A stretch of 64,000 nt of DNA from an uncultured Actinomycetota bacterium. Lineage in GTDB: Bacteria > Actinomycetota > Actinomycetes > JAHEKZ01. The notes beneath the pieces were generated by a model. The model had not been told where the DNA came from. It saw nothing but the letters and a program-made list of their open reading frames with translations, and searched no databases. Made by a program: the position numbers and the translations under genes. The stretch spans positions 160,001-224,000 of the forward strand of contig CAVQYR010000002.1 in the NCBI GenBank assembly GCA_963718235.1, in the 5' to 3' direction. Of this stretch, positions 1 through 8,701 are shown piece by piece. How positions within the stretch are numbered: position 1 is the stretch's first letter; the number at the start of each line of letters is the position of its first letter.

Positions 1-423
1 AACGACGACAACGACGACGTGGCGACGATGCAGCGGGTCGACTTCGCCGAGCTGGCGACGATCCTCGCCGACGACCCCGACGTGTACCTGCTCGACGTCC
101 GCCAGGTCCTGGAGTGGGTCGACGGGCACCTCGTCGGCGCGCACCTCGTGCCGTTCTACGAGATCCCCGACCGGATCGACGAGCTGCCGGGCGACCGCCA
201 GCTGTACGTGTACTGCGGCAGTGGCTACCGGGCCTCCGCGGTGTCGTCGCTGCTCGCCCAGCACGGCAAGCAGGTCGTCCACGTCGACGACGACTGGGAC
301 GACGCGGCCCGCGCCGGTCTGCCCATCGAGCAGGGTGACGCGCCGCAGCAGGAGCCGGGCTGGACCTGGAAGGTGTCGCGGGGAACTGCCCGCAGCTTCC
401 AGCCGGCCTCCGGTGCTGCCTGA
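1..423 (+). CDS. Rhodanese-domain protein, 5'-partial (probably the C-terminus of an MBL-fold/rhodanese fusion)
   Basis: LLDVR..EW..GHL.GA and active-site loop YCGSGYRA; frame is open from base 1. Confidence 0.8.
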   Translation, partial: NDDNDDVATMQRVDFAELATILADDPDVYLLDVRQVLEWVDGHLVGAHLVPFYEIPDRIDELPGDRQLYVYCGSGYRASAVSSLLAQHGKQVVHVDDDWDDAARAGLPIEQGDAPQQEPGWTWKVSRGTARSFQPASGAA

Positions 424-785
424 TGTCGCTGATGGGCAGGCTCTTCGGCGGGGGCGTCCCCTCGATCGACGCGTCGGAGGCGCGCACACTCGTCGACGAG
501 GGCGCGGTCATGATCGACGTACGCAGCACGGCGGAGTGGAACGCCGGCCATGCCCCCATGGCCAAGCACGTCGCACTGAATGAGCTGGGCCAACGGATGA
601 GCAGACTCCCCAAGGGGAAGAAGGTCATCGTCGTCTGCCGCAGCGGGAGCCGGTCACGGGCCGCCTGCAGACAGCTGGCCTCCGCGGGCATCGACGTCGT
701 CAATCTCAGACGCGGCCTGCACGGCTGGCAGCACGCCGGACAGCCGCTGGTGGATCGACGGGGTCGCCCCGGCGTCCTCGCCTGA
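423..785 (+). CDS. Rhodanese-like domain protein
   Basis: IDVRSTAEWNAGHAP, VCRSGSRS, GLHGW motifs; TGATG overlap with upstream gene. Confidence 0.9.
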   Translation: MSLMGRLFGGGVPSIDASEARTLVDEGAVMIDVRSTAEWNAGHAPMAKHVALNELGQRMSRLPKGKKVIVVCRSGSRSRAACRQLASAGIDVVNLRRGLHGWQHAGQPLVDRRGRPGVLA

Positions 786-786
786 C

Positions 787-1533
787 GTGCTGGAGGTCGC
801 CGAGCTGCTCGTTGCCGGAGCAGTGATCGGCCTGCTGCTCGGCATCCTCGGTGGTGGCGGGGCGATCTTCACCGCACCGCTGCTCATCTACGCCTTCGAC
901 GTTGCGCCGCTGGCGGCGACCACGGTGTCGCTGGTCGTCGTTCTCTTCGCGGCGGCGTCGGGCCTGGTCGGGCACGCCCGGGCACATCGAGTGCGGTGGC
1001 GCAAAGGCACCGTGTTCGGGCTGGTCGGGATCGCGGGAGCGGTGGTCGGCGCCCTGCTGGCCGGCGCCCTGCCCGAACGGGTGCTGCTCGGTGGGTTCGC
1101 CGTCCTGCTGCTGGCCGCGGCCTACGCGATGTACAAGCCTCCGGTGAAGGCCGGCGCCGAGCACGGCCGCCGCGGGATGGTGACCGTGGGGGCGACCGCG
1201 CTGGGGGTCGGTGTGGTGACCGGGTTCTTCGGCGTCGGGGGTGGGTTCGTGATCGTGCCGGCGCTCGTGCTCGTCCTCGGCTTCTCCATGCCGACCGCGG
1301 CGGCCACCGGACTGCTCGTGATCGCCATCAACTCGCTGGCCGCACTGGCGGTCCGTGGGCCGCAGTACCTGGACCTCGCCGTGGCGGTCCCGATGGCTGT
1401 CGGTGCCATGGTCGGCTCGTTCGTCGGGTCGCGGGTCGCGGGTCGCGTGCCCGCGCGTCGGCTTCAGGTGGGGTTCGCCGCCCTGATGGTGGCGACCGCG
1501 GTGTTCATCGGGGTCGAGACAGCCCTCGCGTGA
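787..1533 (+). CDS. Sulfite exporter TauE/SafE family
   Basis: Two GxxGGGG / GFFGVGGGF repeats, multiple TM helices, AAATGL motif. Confidence 0.9.
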   Translation: MLEVAELLVAGAVIGLLLGILGGGGAIFTAPLLIYAFDVAPLAATTVSLVVVLFAAASGLVGHARAHRVRWRKGTVFGLVGIAGAVVGALLAGALPERVLLGGFAVLLLAAAYAMYKPPVKAGAEHGRRGMVTVGATALGVGVVTGFFGVGGGFVIVPALVLVLGFSMPTAAATGLLVIAINSLAALAVRGPQYLDLAVAVPMAVGAMVGSFVGSRVAGRVPARRLQVGFAALMVATAVFIGVETALA

Positions 1534-1579
1534 GACGGGGCGCCGGCCGCACAGTGAGTCCCGAGTACGCTCGACGACC

Positions 1580-2824
1580 GTGACTGCACTGTGGCATCCG
1601 TTCGCCGACATGGCCGTCGTCGAGCGTGACGGACCGTTCGTCCTCGCGTCGGGTGAGGGCCAGTGGGTTCTGGACGCGGCCGGACGTCGCTACCTCGACC
1701 TGACCGCCGGTCTGTGGTTCGCCAACGTCGGGCACGGACGCCGTGAGATCGCCGACGCCGTCGGTGCCCAGGCTGCGACTTTGGCCCACTTCTCCAACTT
1801 CGGCGACATGACCGAGGTGCCGACGATGGAGCTGGCCGAACGCGTGGCGGCCATCGCGCCGGTGCCGGGGAGCAAGGTGTTCTTCACGTCGGGTGGGTCC
1901 GACGCCGTCGACACCGCCAAGAAGCTCGTCCGCCGGTACTGGAATCTGAATGACCGCCCGCAGCGGCGGATCATGCTCACCAGGGAGCGTGCGTACCACG
2001 GGATGCACTGGGGTGGCACCTCGCTGGCCGGGATCGACCCGAACCAGCACGGGTACGGCGACCTGCAGCCCGACATCGTGCGGGTCCCGTGGGACGACGC
2101 GTCCGCCCTGGCCGAGACCATCGAGACGCTCGGTCCGGAGAACGTCGCGGCGTTCTTCTGCGAGCCCGTGATGGGCGCTGGAGGTGTCCACTTCGCCGGG
2201 GCGGAGTACCTGCAGCGGGCCCGCCAGGTCTGTGCTGAGCATGGTGTCCTGTGGGTCAGCGACGAGGTCATCACCGGGTTCGGTCGCACCGGCGAGTGGT
2301 TCGCCTCCACCCGGTTCAACCTTCGACCCGACGTGATGCTCACAGCCAAGGGGCTCACGAGCGGCTACGTCCCGATGGGCGCGGTCGTCGTCGCGCCGTC
2401 GGTGGCTGAAGCGTTCTTCGCCGAGCCCGGAGTGGTCTGGCGCCACGGCTACACCTACTCCGGCCACGCGGTCGCGGCCGCGGCCGGGCTGGCCAACCTC
2501 GACATCATCGAGCGCGAAGGTCTGCTCGAACGGGTACGCAGCCTGGAGCCGCTGGTGACCTCCGCCCTGGCGCCGCTCGCCGAGCACCCAGCGGTCAGCG
2601 AGGTCCGTTCAGGGGTCGGCCTGCTGGCCGCAGTACAGCTCGCGCCGCAGGTGCTGGCGCAGGAGCCGGCTGCGGCCGCCCGTGTGGTCGCCGGGCTCCG
2701 GAGGCACGGCGTGCTGTCGCGAGCCCTGGTCGACGGCTCGCTGCAGGTGTCGCCGCCGTTCGTCATCGACGAGGCCGACCTGAAGACGATGGCCGACGTC
2801 ACCTGGGAGGTGCTGTCCCAGTGA
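1580..2824 (+). CDS. Class-III PLP aminotransferase (omega-amine type)
   Basis: YLDLTAGLW..NVGHGR, SGGSDA, YHG, DEVITGFGRTG, AKGLTSGY (PLP Lys), HGYTYSGH. Confidence 0.93.
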   Translation: MTALWHPFADMAVVERDGPFVLASGEGQWVLDAAGRRYLDLTAGLWFANVGHGRREIADAVGAQAATLAHFSNFGDMTEVPTMELAERVAAIAPVPGSKVFFTSGGSDAVDTAKKLVRRYWNLNDRPQRRIMLTRERAYHGMHWGGTSLAGIDPNQHGYGDLQPDIVRVPWDDASALAETIETLGPENVAAFFCEPVMGAGGVHFAGAEYLQRARQVCAEHGVLWVSDEVITGFGRTGEWFASTRFNLRPDVMLTAKGLTSGYVPMGAVVVAPSVAEAFFAEPGVVWRHGYTYSGHAVAAAAGLANLDIIEREGLLERVRSLEPLVTSALAPLAEHPAVSEVRSGVGLLAAVQLAPQVLAQEPAAAARVVAGLRRHGVLSRALVDGSLQVSPPFVIDEADLKTMADVTWEVLSQ

Positions 2825-4248
2825 TGCGCAACCTGGTCGGTGGCGAGTGGGTCGACGGCCCCACGACCGTGGCCGACGTCAACCCGTCCGACACCGACGA
2901 CGTCATCGGCGAGTTCGCCCACGCCGACGAGGCGCAGGCCCAAGCCGGAGTCGAGGCCGCGTCCGCCGCCGCTCCGGGGTGGGCCCAGTCCACCCCGCAG
3001 CAGCGGTTCGACGTGCTCGACCGAGCGGGGGAGGAGGTCCTGCGCAGGACCGACGAGCTGGGGGACCTGCTGGCCCGTGAAGAGGGCAAGACCCTCGTCG
3101 AGGCACGCGGCGAGGTCGTGCGGGCCGGACAGATCCTGAAGTTCCACGCCGGACAGGCTTTGCGGGCCCACGGCCAGCTGGTCGACTCGATCCGCCCCGG
3201 TGTCGAGGTCATGGTGACCCGTGAGCCGCTCGGAGTGGTCACCGTGATCACGCCCTGGAACTTCCCGATCGCGATCCCGGCCTGGAAGATCGCCCCGGCG
3301 CTCGCCTACGGGAACACCGTCGTCTTCAAACCCGCCGAGCTCGTTCCGGCCAGTGCATGGCACCTGGTCGACATCCTCGACCGGGCCGGGCTCCCGCCCG
3401 GCGTCCTGAACCTCGTGATGGGGTCGGGGCGCGAGATTGGTGGCGTGCTCACCCAGAACCCGCTGGTGCAGGGGGTCACGTTCACCGGCTCGGTGGTCAC
3501 GGGTGAGCGGATCCTCGCGAACGGACAGAAGCACCGGGCGAAGGTCCAGCTCGAGATGGGGGGCAAGAACCCGGTCGTCGTCATGGACGACGCCGACCTC
3601 GCCGTGGCGGTCGACGTCGTCCTGCAGGGTGCCTTCGGGTCGACCGGGCAACGGTGCACCGCCTCGAGCCGGGTGGTGGTGACCGACGGGATCCATGACA
3701 CGTTCGTCGAGGCGCTGACCGCCCGGATGCGCGAGTGGGTGGTCGACGACGCCCGTGACCCTCGCACGCAGATGGGCCCGGTCGTCGACGCTGCACAGCT
3801 CGCCCAGGACGAGCGTTACCTCGACCTCGCGCGCACGGAGGGCGGTCAGGTGGTCGGCGGGAACCGCCTCGAGCGCGGCCGTCCGGGCCACTACCTGTCG
3901 CCGGCCCTCGTCGTCGGGACCACCAACGACATGACGATCAACCGCGAAGAGGTGTTCGGTCCGGTCGCCTCGGTGATCCGGGTGGCCGACTACGACGAGG
4001 CCCTGGCCGTCGCCAACGACACCGATTTCGGGCTGTCCAGCGGCATCGTGACCACGTCACTGGCCCTGGCCACGCACTTCCGGCGGCACAGCACGGCCGG
4101 CATGGTGATGGTCAACCTGCCGACCGCGGGGGTCGACTACCACGTGCCGTTCGGTGGTCGGCGAGGCAGCAGCTACGGGCCGCGCGAGCAGGGAGACGGG
4201 GCCCGGGAGTTCTTCACGGTCTCGAAGACGACGTACGTGAAGGCGTGA
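2821..4248 (+). CDS. Aldehyde dehydrogenase
   Basis: ITPWNFP, FTGS, LEMGGKNP, GQRCTA (catalytic Cys), EEVFGP, PFGG. Confidence 0.95.
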   Translation: MMRNLVGGEWVDGPTTVADVNPSDTDDVIGEFAHADEAQAQAGVEAASAAAPGWAQSTPQQRFDVLDRAGEEVLRRTDELGDLLAREEGKTLVEARGEVVRAGQILKFHAGQALRAHGQLVDSIRPGVEVMVTREPLGVVTVITPWNFPIAIPAWKIAPALAYGNTVVFKPAELVPASAWHLVDILDRAGLPPGVLNLVMGSGREIGGVLTQNPLVQGVTFTGSVVTGERILANGQKHRAKVQLEMGGKNPVVVMDDADLAVAVDVVLQGAFGSTGQRCTASSRVVVTDGIHDTFVEALTARMREWVVDDARDPRTQMGPVVDAAQLAQDERYLDLARTEGGQVVGGNRLERGRPGHYLSPALVVGTTNDMTINREEVFGPVASVIRVADYDEALAVANDTDFGLSSGIVTTSLALATHFRRHSTAGMVMVNLPTAGVDYHVPFGGRRGSSYGPREQGDGAREFFTVSKTTYVKA

Positions 4249-4493
4249 CTCTCAGCTCGAGGCCGATCTGGTCCAGACCGTCTCCCGCTCACTCGAGACG
4301 CACGCTCACTGATAGTGATTCTTGATTTCCGAAATTGAACTTCCTGTGATTCTGCTCTAGCCTTACCGCAGGGGAGTATCCCTTCGTTCGATGATCGTCA
4401 GCACGGCGTACCCGCGCCCGGTCACCGGGGTGGTGCCACACCACTGGGAGAGACCGACAGACGGTGGCATGCCACCTCGTCGAAGGGACTCCC

Positions 4494-4940
4494 ATGCAGA
4501 AGCGATACCTCGTTCCGGTGCTCGCCCTCCCGCTTGCTCTTGCAGCACCGCTGGCGGCGACGGCCGTCCCCGCAGTGCAGCCGGCACCGGTCGCCAAGCC
4601 CGACTCGGTTCTGACAACCGCAGCCGAACCCCGGGCTTTGGCCCGGGTCATCGACCGCGGCAGTGTCAGCTGCAGCGCATCGTCTCGAATGGTCAGCAAA
4701 CTAGAGCGTGACGGGCAGCGGCTCGAGGTCGACGCAGAGATCTTTGGACCAGCGCGTCAGAGCTGGGTCGTGAGATTCGTACAGAACGGCAATCTCGCAC
4801 ACAAGATCACGCGGTCCGCAGACAGTGACGGAGAGCTCGATGTCTGGCGCTACCTGCCCAATCGGCCCGGCGAGGACCGGGTAAGGGTGCAGGCCCGTTC
4901 CGCGCAAGGCGAAAGGTGCGTCATCAGGCTGCAGGGCTAG
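4494..4940 (+). CDS. Secreted hypothetical protein
   Basis: RBS AAGGGA before ATG; signal-peptide-like MQKRYLVPVLALPLALAAPLAATA; two Cys; followed by an 18-bp stem. Confidence 0.7.
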   Translation: MQKRYLVPVLALPLALAAPLAATAVPAVQPAPVAKPDSVLTTAAEPRALARVIDRGSVSCSASSRMVSKLERDGQRLEVDAEIFGPARQSWVVRFVQNGNLAHKITRSADSDGELDVWRYLPNRPGEDRVRVQARSAQGERCVIRLQG

Positions 4941-4941
4941 C

Positions 4942-4996
4942 CACTCACCCCACGCCCGGTCGCGGTCTCATCTCGGGGCCGGGCGTGGGGTGAGTG
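4942..4996 (+). terminator. Stem-loop, probable terminator
   Basis: CACTCACCCCACGCCCGG (4942-4959) pairs perfectly with 4979-4996. Confidence 0.7.
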
Positions 4997-5237
4997 TGTC
5001 GCGTCACCCGATCGCCTTACGGGCTCCATGTCGATCTGTGCCTGCCGGGCCAGGAATGACCGAGCGGGAAGTGCAGGCCACTCCCGGCGCCGGGCGCATG
5101 AACGTCCTGGACCGGAAGTAGTTGCGCCTGTCAATCCCTCGTGAAGACGACGTACGTCGCTGCCGGGAATCCCTGAGCCGACCCTCTAGCATCGGTCTCG
5201 TCGTCGGGCCTTCCCCACCGGCGAAGGGAGTACTGGC

Positions 5238-5954
5238 TTGTTCTCCGTGCGCCGTTCCACGGTCGACCCCGCATCGCTGCGTGGGCTCGCCTTCCTGGCC
5301 CTGCTCGGCCTGGGCTCGCTCTCGGCCGGGGCCGCGGGCGCGGTCCTCGTCTCCGACGCCACCGGTCGGGTCGACGTCGGGATCAGCGCGGCCCGTGCGG
5401 TCGCCGAGACGCCGACCGGCCCGCCCCGCACCTTCGAGGCCGTCACGTCGCACGGACCGTCCCCCACCTCGGACCGGGTCGCAGTCGAGGCCCTCGGCGC
5501 ACCTCCGGCGGAGGCGAAACCCACCTACGTGCCGACGAGGCACCTGCCCCGCGACTCAGGGCACGGCGACCGGATCGTGTACTCGCGCCACCGGATGCAC
5601 GTCTGGGTGGTCGACGCGGTGGCCGGTGACGACCAGGTCGTGCGCGACTACGCCGTGACCGGGCGACCCGACTGGCCGGCACCGGGCCGCTACGAGGTGT
5701 TCCTGAAGACACCGTGGACGATGACCCTGGACGCCACCTTGAGCTTCCGCTGGTTCATCGGGTTCGCCCACGGCAACACCACGAACATCGGCTTCCACGA
5801 CATCCCGACCACGACGTCGGGCACCCCGATCCAGTCGCCGGACGAGCTGGGGGAGCCGATCGGCATCGGTGGGTGCGTGCGTGCGACGTCACGCAACGCG
5901 CACTGGCTGTACGAGCGGACCGCGATCGGTGACCGGGTCGTCGTCCTGCCGTAG
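5238..5954 (+). CDS. L,D-transpeptidase (YkuD domain)
   Basis: N-terminal hydrophobic segment; IVYS..VWVV, YAVTGR, IGFHDIP...GCVR, IGDRVVV. Confidence 0.8.
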   Translation: MFSVRRSTVDPASLRGLAFLALLGLGSLSAGAAGAVLVSDATGRVDVGISAARAVAETPTGPPRTFEAVTSHGPSPTSDRVAVEALGAPPAEAKPTYVPTRHLPRDSGHGDRIVYSRHRMHVWVVDAVAGDDQVVRDYAVTGRPDWPAPGRYEVFLKTPWTMTLDATLSFRWFIGFAHGNTTNIGFHDIPTTTSGTPIQSPDELGEPIGIGGCVRATSRNAHWLYERTAIGDRVVVLP

Positions 5955-5978
5955 CCCCCTGGCTATCGCCCACGACGC

Positions 5979-7085
5979 TCAGGGCGTCAGCACCACCCGC
6001 CGGGCCTGTCCCTCGTGCATCAGCCGAAAGGCCTCGTTGACGTCGTCGAGGCGCAGTCGATGGCTGACCAGACGGTCCAGCGGCAGCCGACCCGCGCGGT
6101 ACAGCGACAGGATGCGAGGGACGTCGCGCGCGGGCTGGGACGAGCCGTAGATGCAGCCGAGGACCCGACGCTCCAGGAGCGGGATCGACCGAGCGGGGAA
6201 GGACACCTCCGACTCGGTGCCCGGAATGCCGAGCAGGACCGCGGCGCCGCGGCGGCGCGTCGACAAGAAGGCGGCGCGGGAGACCTCGGGGCGACCGGTC
6301 GCCTCGAAGGCGTAGTCGACCCCACCGCGCGTCGCTTCTACGACGGCGTCGGCCGTCGCCTCGGCGGAGCCGGCCCAGAGGATCACGTGGGTCGCCCCGC
6401 ACTCCCGAGCCGCGGTCAGCTTCTCGTGGCTGATGTCGACGGCGACGACGGGGTCGGCCCCCGCAGCGACCGCGCCCATCACCGCGCTCAGCCCCACCCC
6501 GCCGCACCCGAGCACGGCCACCCAGTCACCGGGGCGTACCCGTGCGGTGTTCCAGACCGCTCCGACGCCAGAGAGAACCGCACAGCCGACCAGCGCAGCG
6601 ACGTCGAAGGGCACGTCGTCCGGCACCGGCACGCAGGCGCTGGCCGGTACGACGGCATGGGTCGCGAAGGTGGACAGCAGCGAGTAGTGGAAGACCGGTT
6701 CGCCGTCACGGGTGAGCCGGGTCGTGCCGTCGAGCAGCGTTCCTTCGCCCACGGCCGTCCACCCGACCCGGCACAGGTGGGTCAGTCCGTCGACGCAGTC
6801 CTCGCACGCTCCGCAGGCGGGCAGCCAGGACAGGACGACGTGGGTGCCGACCGGCAGGTCGACTCCCGGGCCGACCGCCTCGACGACCCCGGCTCCCTCG
6901 TGACCGAGCACGGCCGGACAGCGGGTGGGCGCCGTGCCGTCGATCGCGTTCTGGTCGGAGTGGCACACGCCGGTGGCGGCGATCCGGACGAGCACCTCAC
7001 CCGCTCGTGGTGGTGCGAGCTCGAGCTCGACGACCTCGGGGGTCCCGCCAGTGGCGGGGAGCACGGCTGCGCGGATCCGGGTCAC
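5979..7085 (-). CDS. Zn-dependent alcohol dehydrogenase
   Basis: GVCHSD, GHEGAG, CGACEDC..C structural Zn site, GCGGVG. Confidence 0.93.
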   Translation of the reverse strand: MTRIRAAVLPATGGTPEVVELELAPPRAGEVLVRIAATGVCHSDQNAIDGTAPTRCPAVLGHEGAGVVEAVGPGVDLPVGTHVVLSWLPACGACEDCVDGLTHLCRVGWTAVGEGTLLDGTTRLTRDGEPVFHYSLLSTFATHAVVPASACVPVPDDVPFDVAALVGCAVLSGVGAVWNTARVRPGDWVAVLGCGGVGLSAVMGAVAAGADPVVAVDISHEKLTAARECGATHVILWAGSAEATADAVVEATRGGVDYAFEATGRPEVSRAAFLSTRRRGAAVLLGIPGTESEVSFPARSIPLLERRVLGCIYGSSQPARDVPRILSLYRAGRLPLDRLVSHRLRLDDVNEAFRLMHEGQARRVVLTP

Positions 7086-7088
7086 CTC

Positions 7089-7140
7089 GACTCACTGGTC
7101 CGACTCACTGGTCCGACTCACTGGTCCGACTCACTGGTCC
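7089..7140. repeat. 13-bp tandem repeat x4 (GACTCACTGGTCC)
   Basis: Four exact copies; the unit includes the mttB-family stop codon. Confidence 0.95.
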
Positions 7141-8558
7141 AGCTCACGGGTCCGGCGGTCGACGAAGTCACGCAGCTCGGCGTCGAGGGACTCGTCGATG
7201 CCCGGGTCCTCGTACGAGGCGAGCAGCCGCTTCCACTCGTCGGTCGCGACCACGTCGGCGGTGCGCGAACCCTGCTTGACCCAGGTCGGGTAGGCCTGCG
7301 AGCGGAACAGCGGACTCATGAACAGGTCGGTGCGGAAGCGGGCCAGCGTGTGCTCGTGGGCGAGGAACAAGCCCCCAGGACCGACGTCAGCGATCGTGTC
7401 GTAGGCCAGCTGCTCGTCGTCGACCACCAGGCCCTGCTCCAGCCGGTCGAACATCTTGATCGTCTCCAGGTCGAGGACGAGCTTCTCGTAGGACGCCGTG
7501 AGCCCACCTTCGATCCAGCCGGCCGCGTGCACGACCAGGTCGCACTGCGCCAGGTAGGTGGCCCACAGCGACATCGCCGACTCGGTCGCCGTCTGCGCGT
7601 CCAGGGCGATGCCTGAGCACAGGCCGCCGCCGCCCCGTAGCGGCAGGTCGTAACGCCTCGCCAGCTGGGCGCCGGCCAGGGTGGTCAGCACCGACTCGGG
7701 AAGGCCGAGTGACGGGCCTCCGGAGCGCATGTCCACGCCGTTGAAGAAGCAGCCGAGGATGCAGGGCGCGCCCGGTCGTACCAGCTGGGCGATGGCGACG
7801 CCCGCGAGAGTCTCCGCCACGAGCAGGGACAGCCCTGCCGCGAGCGTGACCGGTGCCGATGCGCCGGCCAGCAGGAACGGGGTGATGGCCACCGGCTGGC
7901 CGAACTCCGCGCAGGCCATCAGGGTGTCGACCATGAGCTCGTCCCACACCAGGGGGCTGTTCGGGTTGACGATCCCGATCACGCCGGGGTTCTGGGCGAG
8001 CGCGTCCGCGCCTCCGGCGGCGATGGCCGCGAGCGCGAGACCGTCGCGGGTCTTGGGGCCGCTCGTCCCGTAGAGCAGGTAGGGGCGACCGCTCCACCGC
8101 AGGATCGAGTAGTCCATCTCCAGGTGCCGGCTCGTGTACTCGAGGTCCTGGGCCTCGGTCGTCCCGCTCTGCAGGATCGGGAGCAGGTCGCTGGCGTGCG
8201 CGAGCTTCACCAGCTCGACGTGGTCGGAGATGGTGCCATCTCGGCGGCCGCGCTCCCGGTCGTCGGCGAACGGCGGTCCACCGACGGGGGTGTGGGCCAG
8301 GCTGCCGCCGCCCAGGGTGACGGTTCGCTGCGGGTCGCGGCCGCGCAGTGCGATCGTGGACGGCGCCAGCGCGAGCTGCGCCATGACGAAGCCCTCGTCG
8401 AAGTGAACCCTGGTGCCGTCGATGCGCTGACCCGCCCCCGCCAGCAGCTCGATGGCCTCCTCGCTGTGCACCTCGACACCGACGTCCTGGAGGATCCGGA
8501 TCGCCTGGTCGTGAATACGCTCGAGCGCGACGTCGTCGAGGGGCTCGATCCGGATCAA
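7131..8558 (-). CDS. Trimethylamine methyltransferase (MttB/MtgB) family protein, non-pyrrolysine
   Basis: IHDQAIRILQDVGV, NPNSPL.WD, PVTLAAGL, DMRSGGP..G.PE, DAQ..ES, HAAGWIEGGL; no in-frame TAG. The true ATG may be at 8584-8587 (RBS GGAAAGGGAG), out of frame by one base. Confidence 0.9.
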   Translation of the reverse strand: MIRIEPLDDVALERIHDQAIRILQDVGVEVHSEEAIELLAGAGQRIDGTRVHFDEGFVMAQLALAPSTIALRGRDPQRTVTLGGGSLAHTPVGGPPFADDRERGRRDGTISDHVELVKLAHASDLLPILQSGTTEAQDLEYTSRHLEMDYSILRWSGRPYLLYGTSGPKTRDGLALAAIAAGGADALAQNPGVIGIVNPNSPLVWDELMVDTLMACAEFGQPVAITPFLLAGASAPVTLAAGLSLLVAETLAGVAIAQLVRPGAPCILGCFFNGVDMRSGGPSLGLPESVLTTLAGAQLARRYDLPLRGGGGLCSGIALDAQTATESAMSLWATYLAQCDLVVHAAGWIEGGLTASYEKLVLDLETIKMFDRLEQGLVVDDEQLAYDTIADVGPGGLFLAHEHTLARFRTDLFMSPLFRSQAYPTWVKQGSRTADVVATDEWKRLLASYEDPGIDESLDAELRDFVDRRTRELDQ

Positions 8559-8701
8559 GGCAGCACCCGGCCGGTCGTGAGCATCATCGCCTGGACTCCC
8601 TTTCCGAGGTTCGCTGCCCCGACGCTATCGGAGGTCGGGTGCTACCCCGGTCTGCCAGGATGGGCCGTCGGAAGCGGACAGCAGCGATCGTGGGAGTGGC
8701 A

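Noticed and set aside
5000-5237. c-di-AMP riboswitch upstream of the L,D-transpeptidase
   Set aside because: Conserved GGGGAA / GGGGTGAAT / CCCGTCAGCTAAC elements were not seen
7089-7140. Possible CRISPR array (also the 19990-20049 array)
   Set aside because: Units are contiguous with no unique spacers, too short, and no cas genes are present
7131-8558. Pyrrolysine recoding in mttB
   Set aside because: The ORF is open with no TAG; the equivalent region reads GGGGLCSG; no pyl genes in the window
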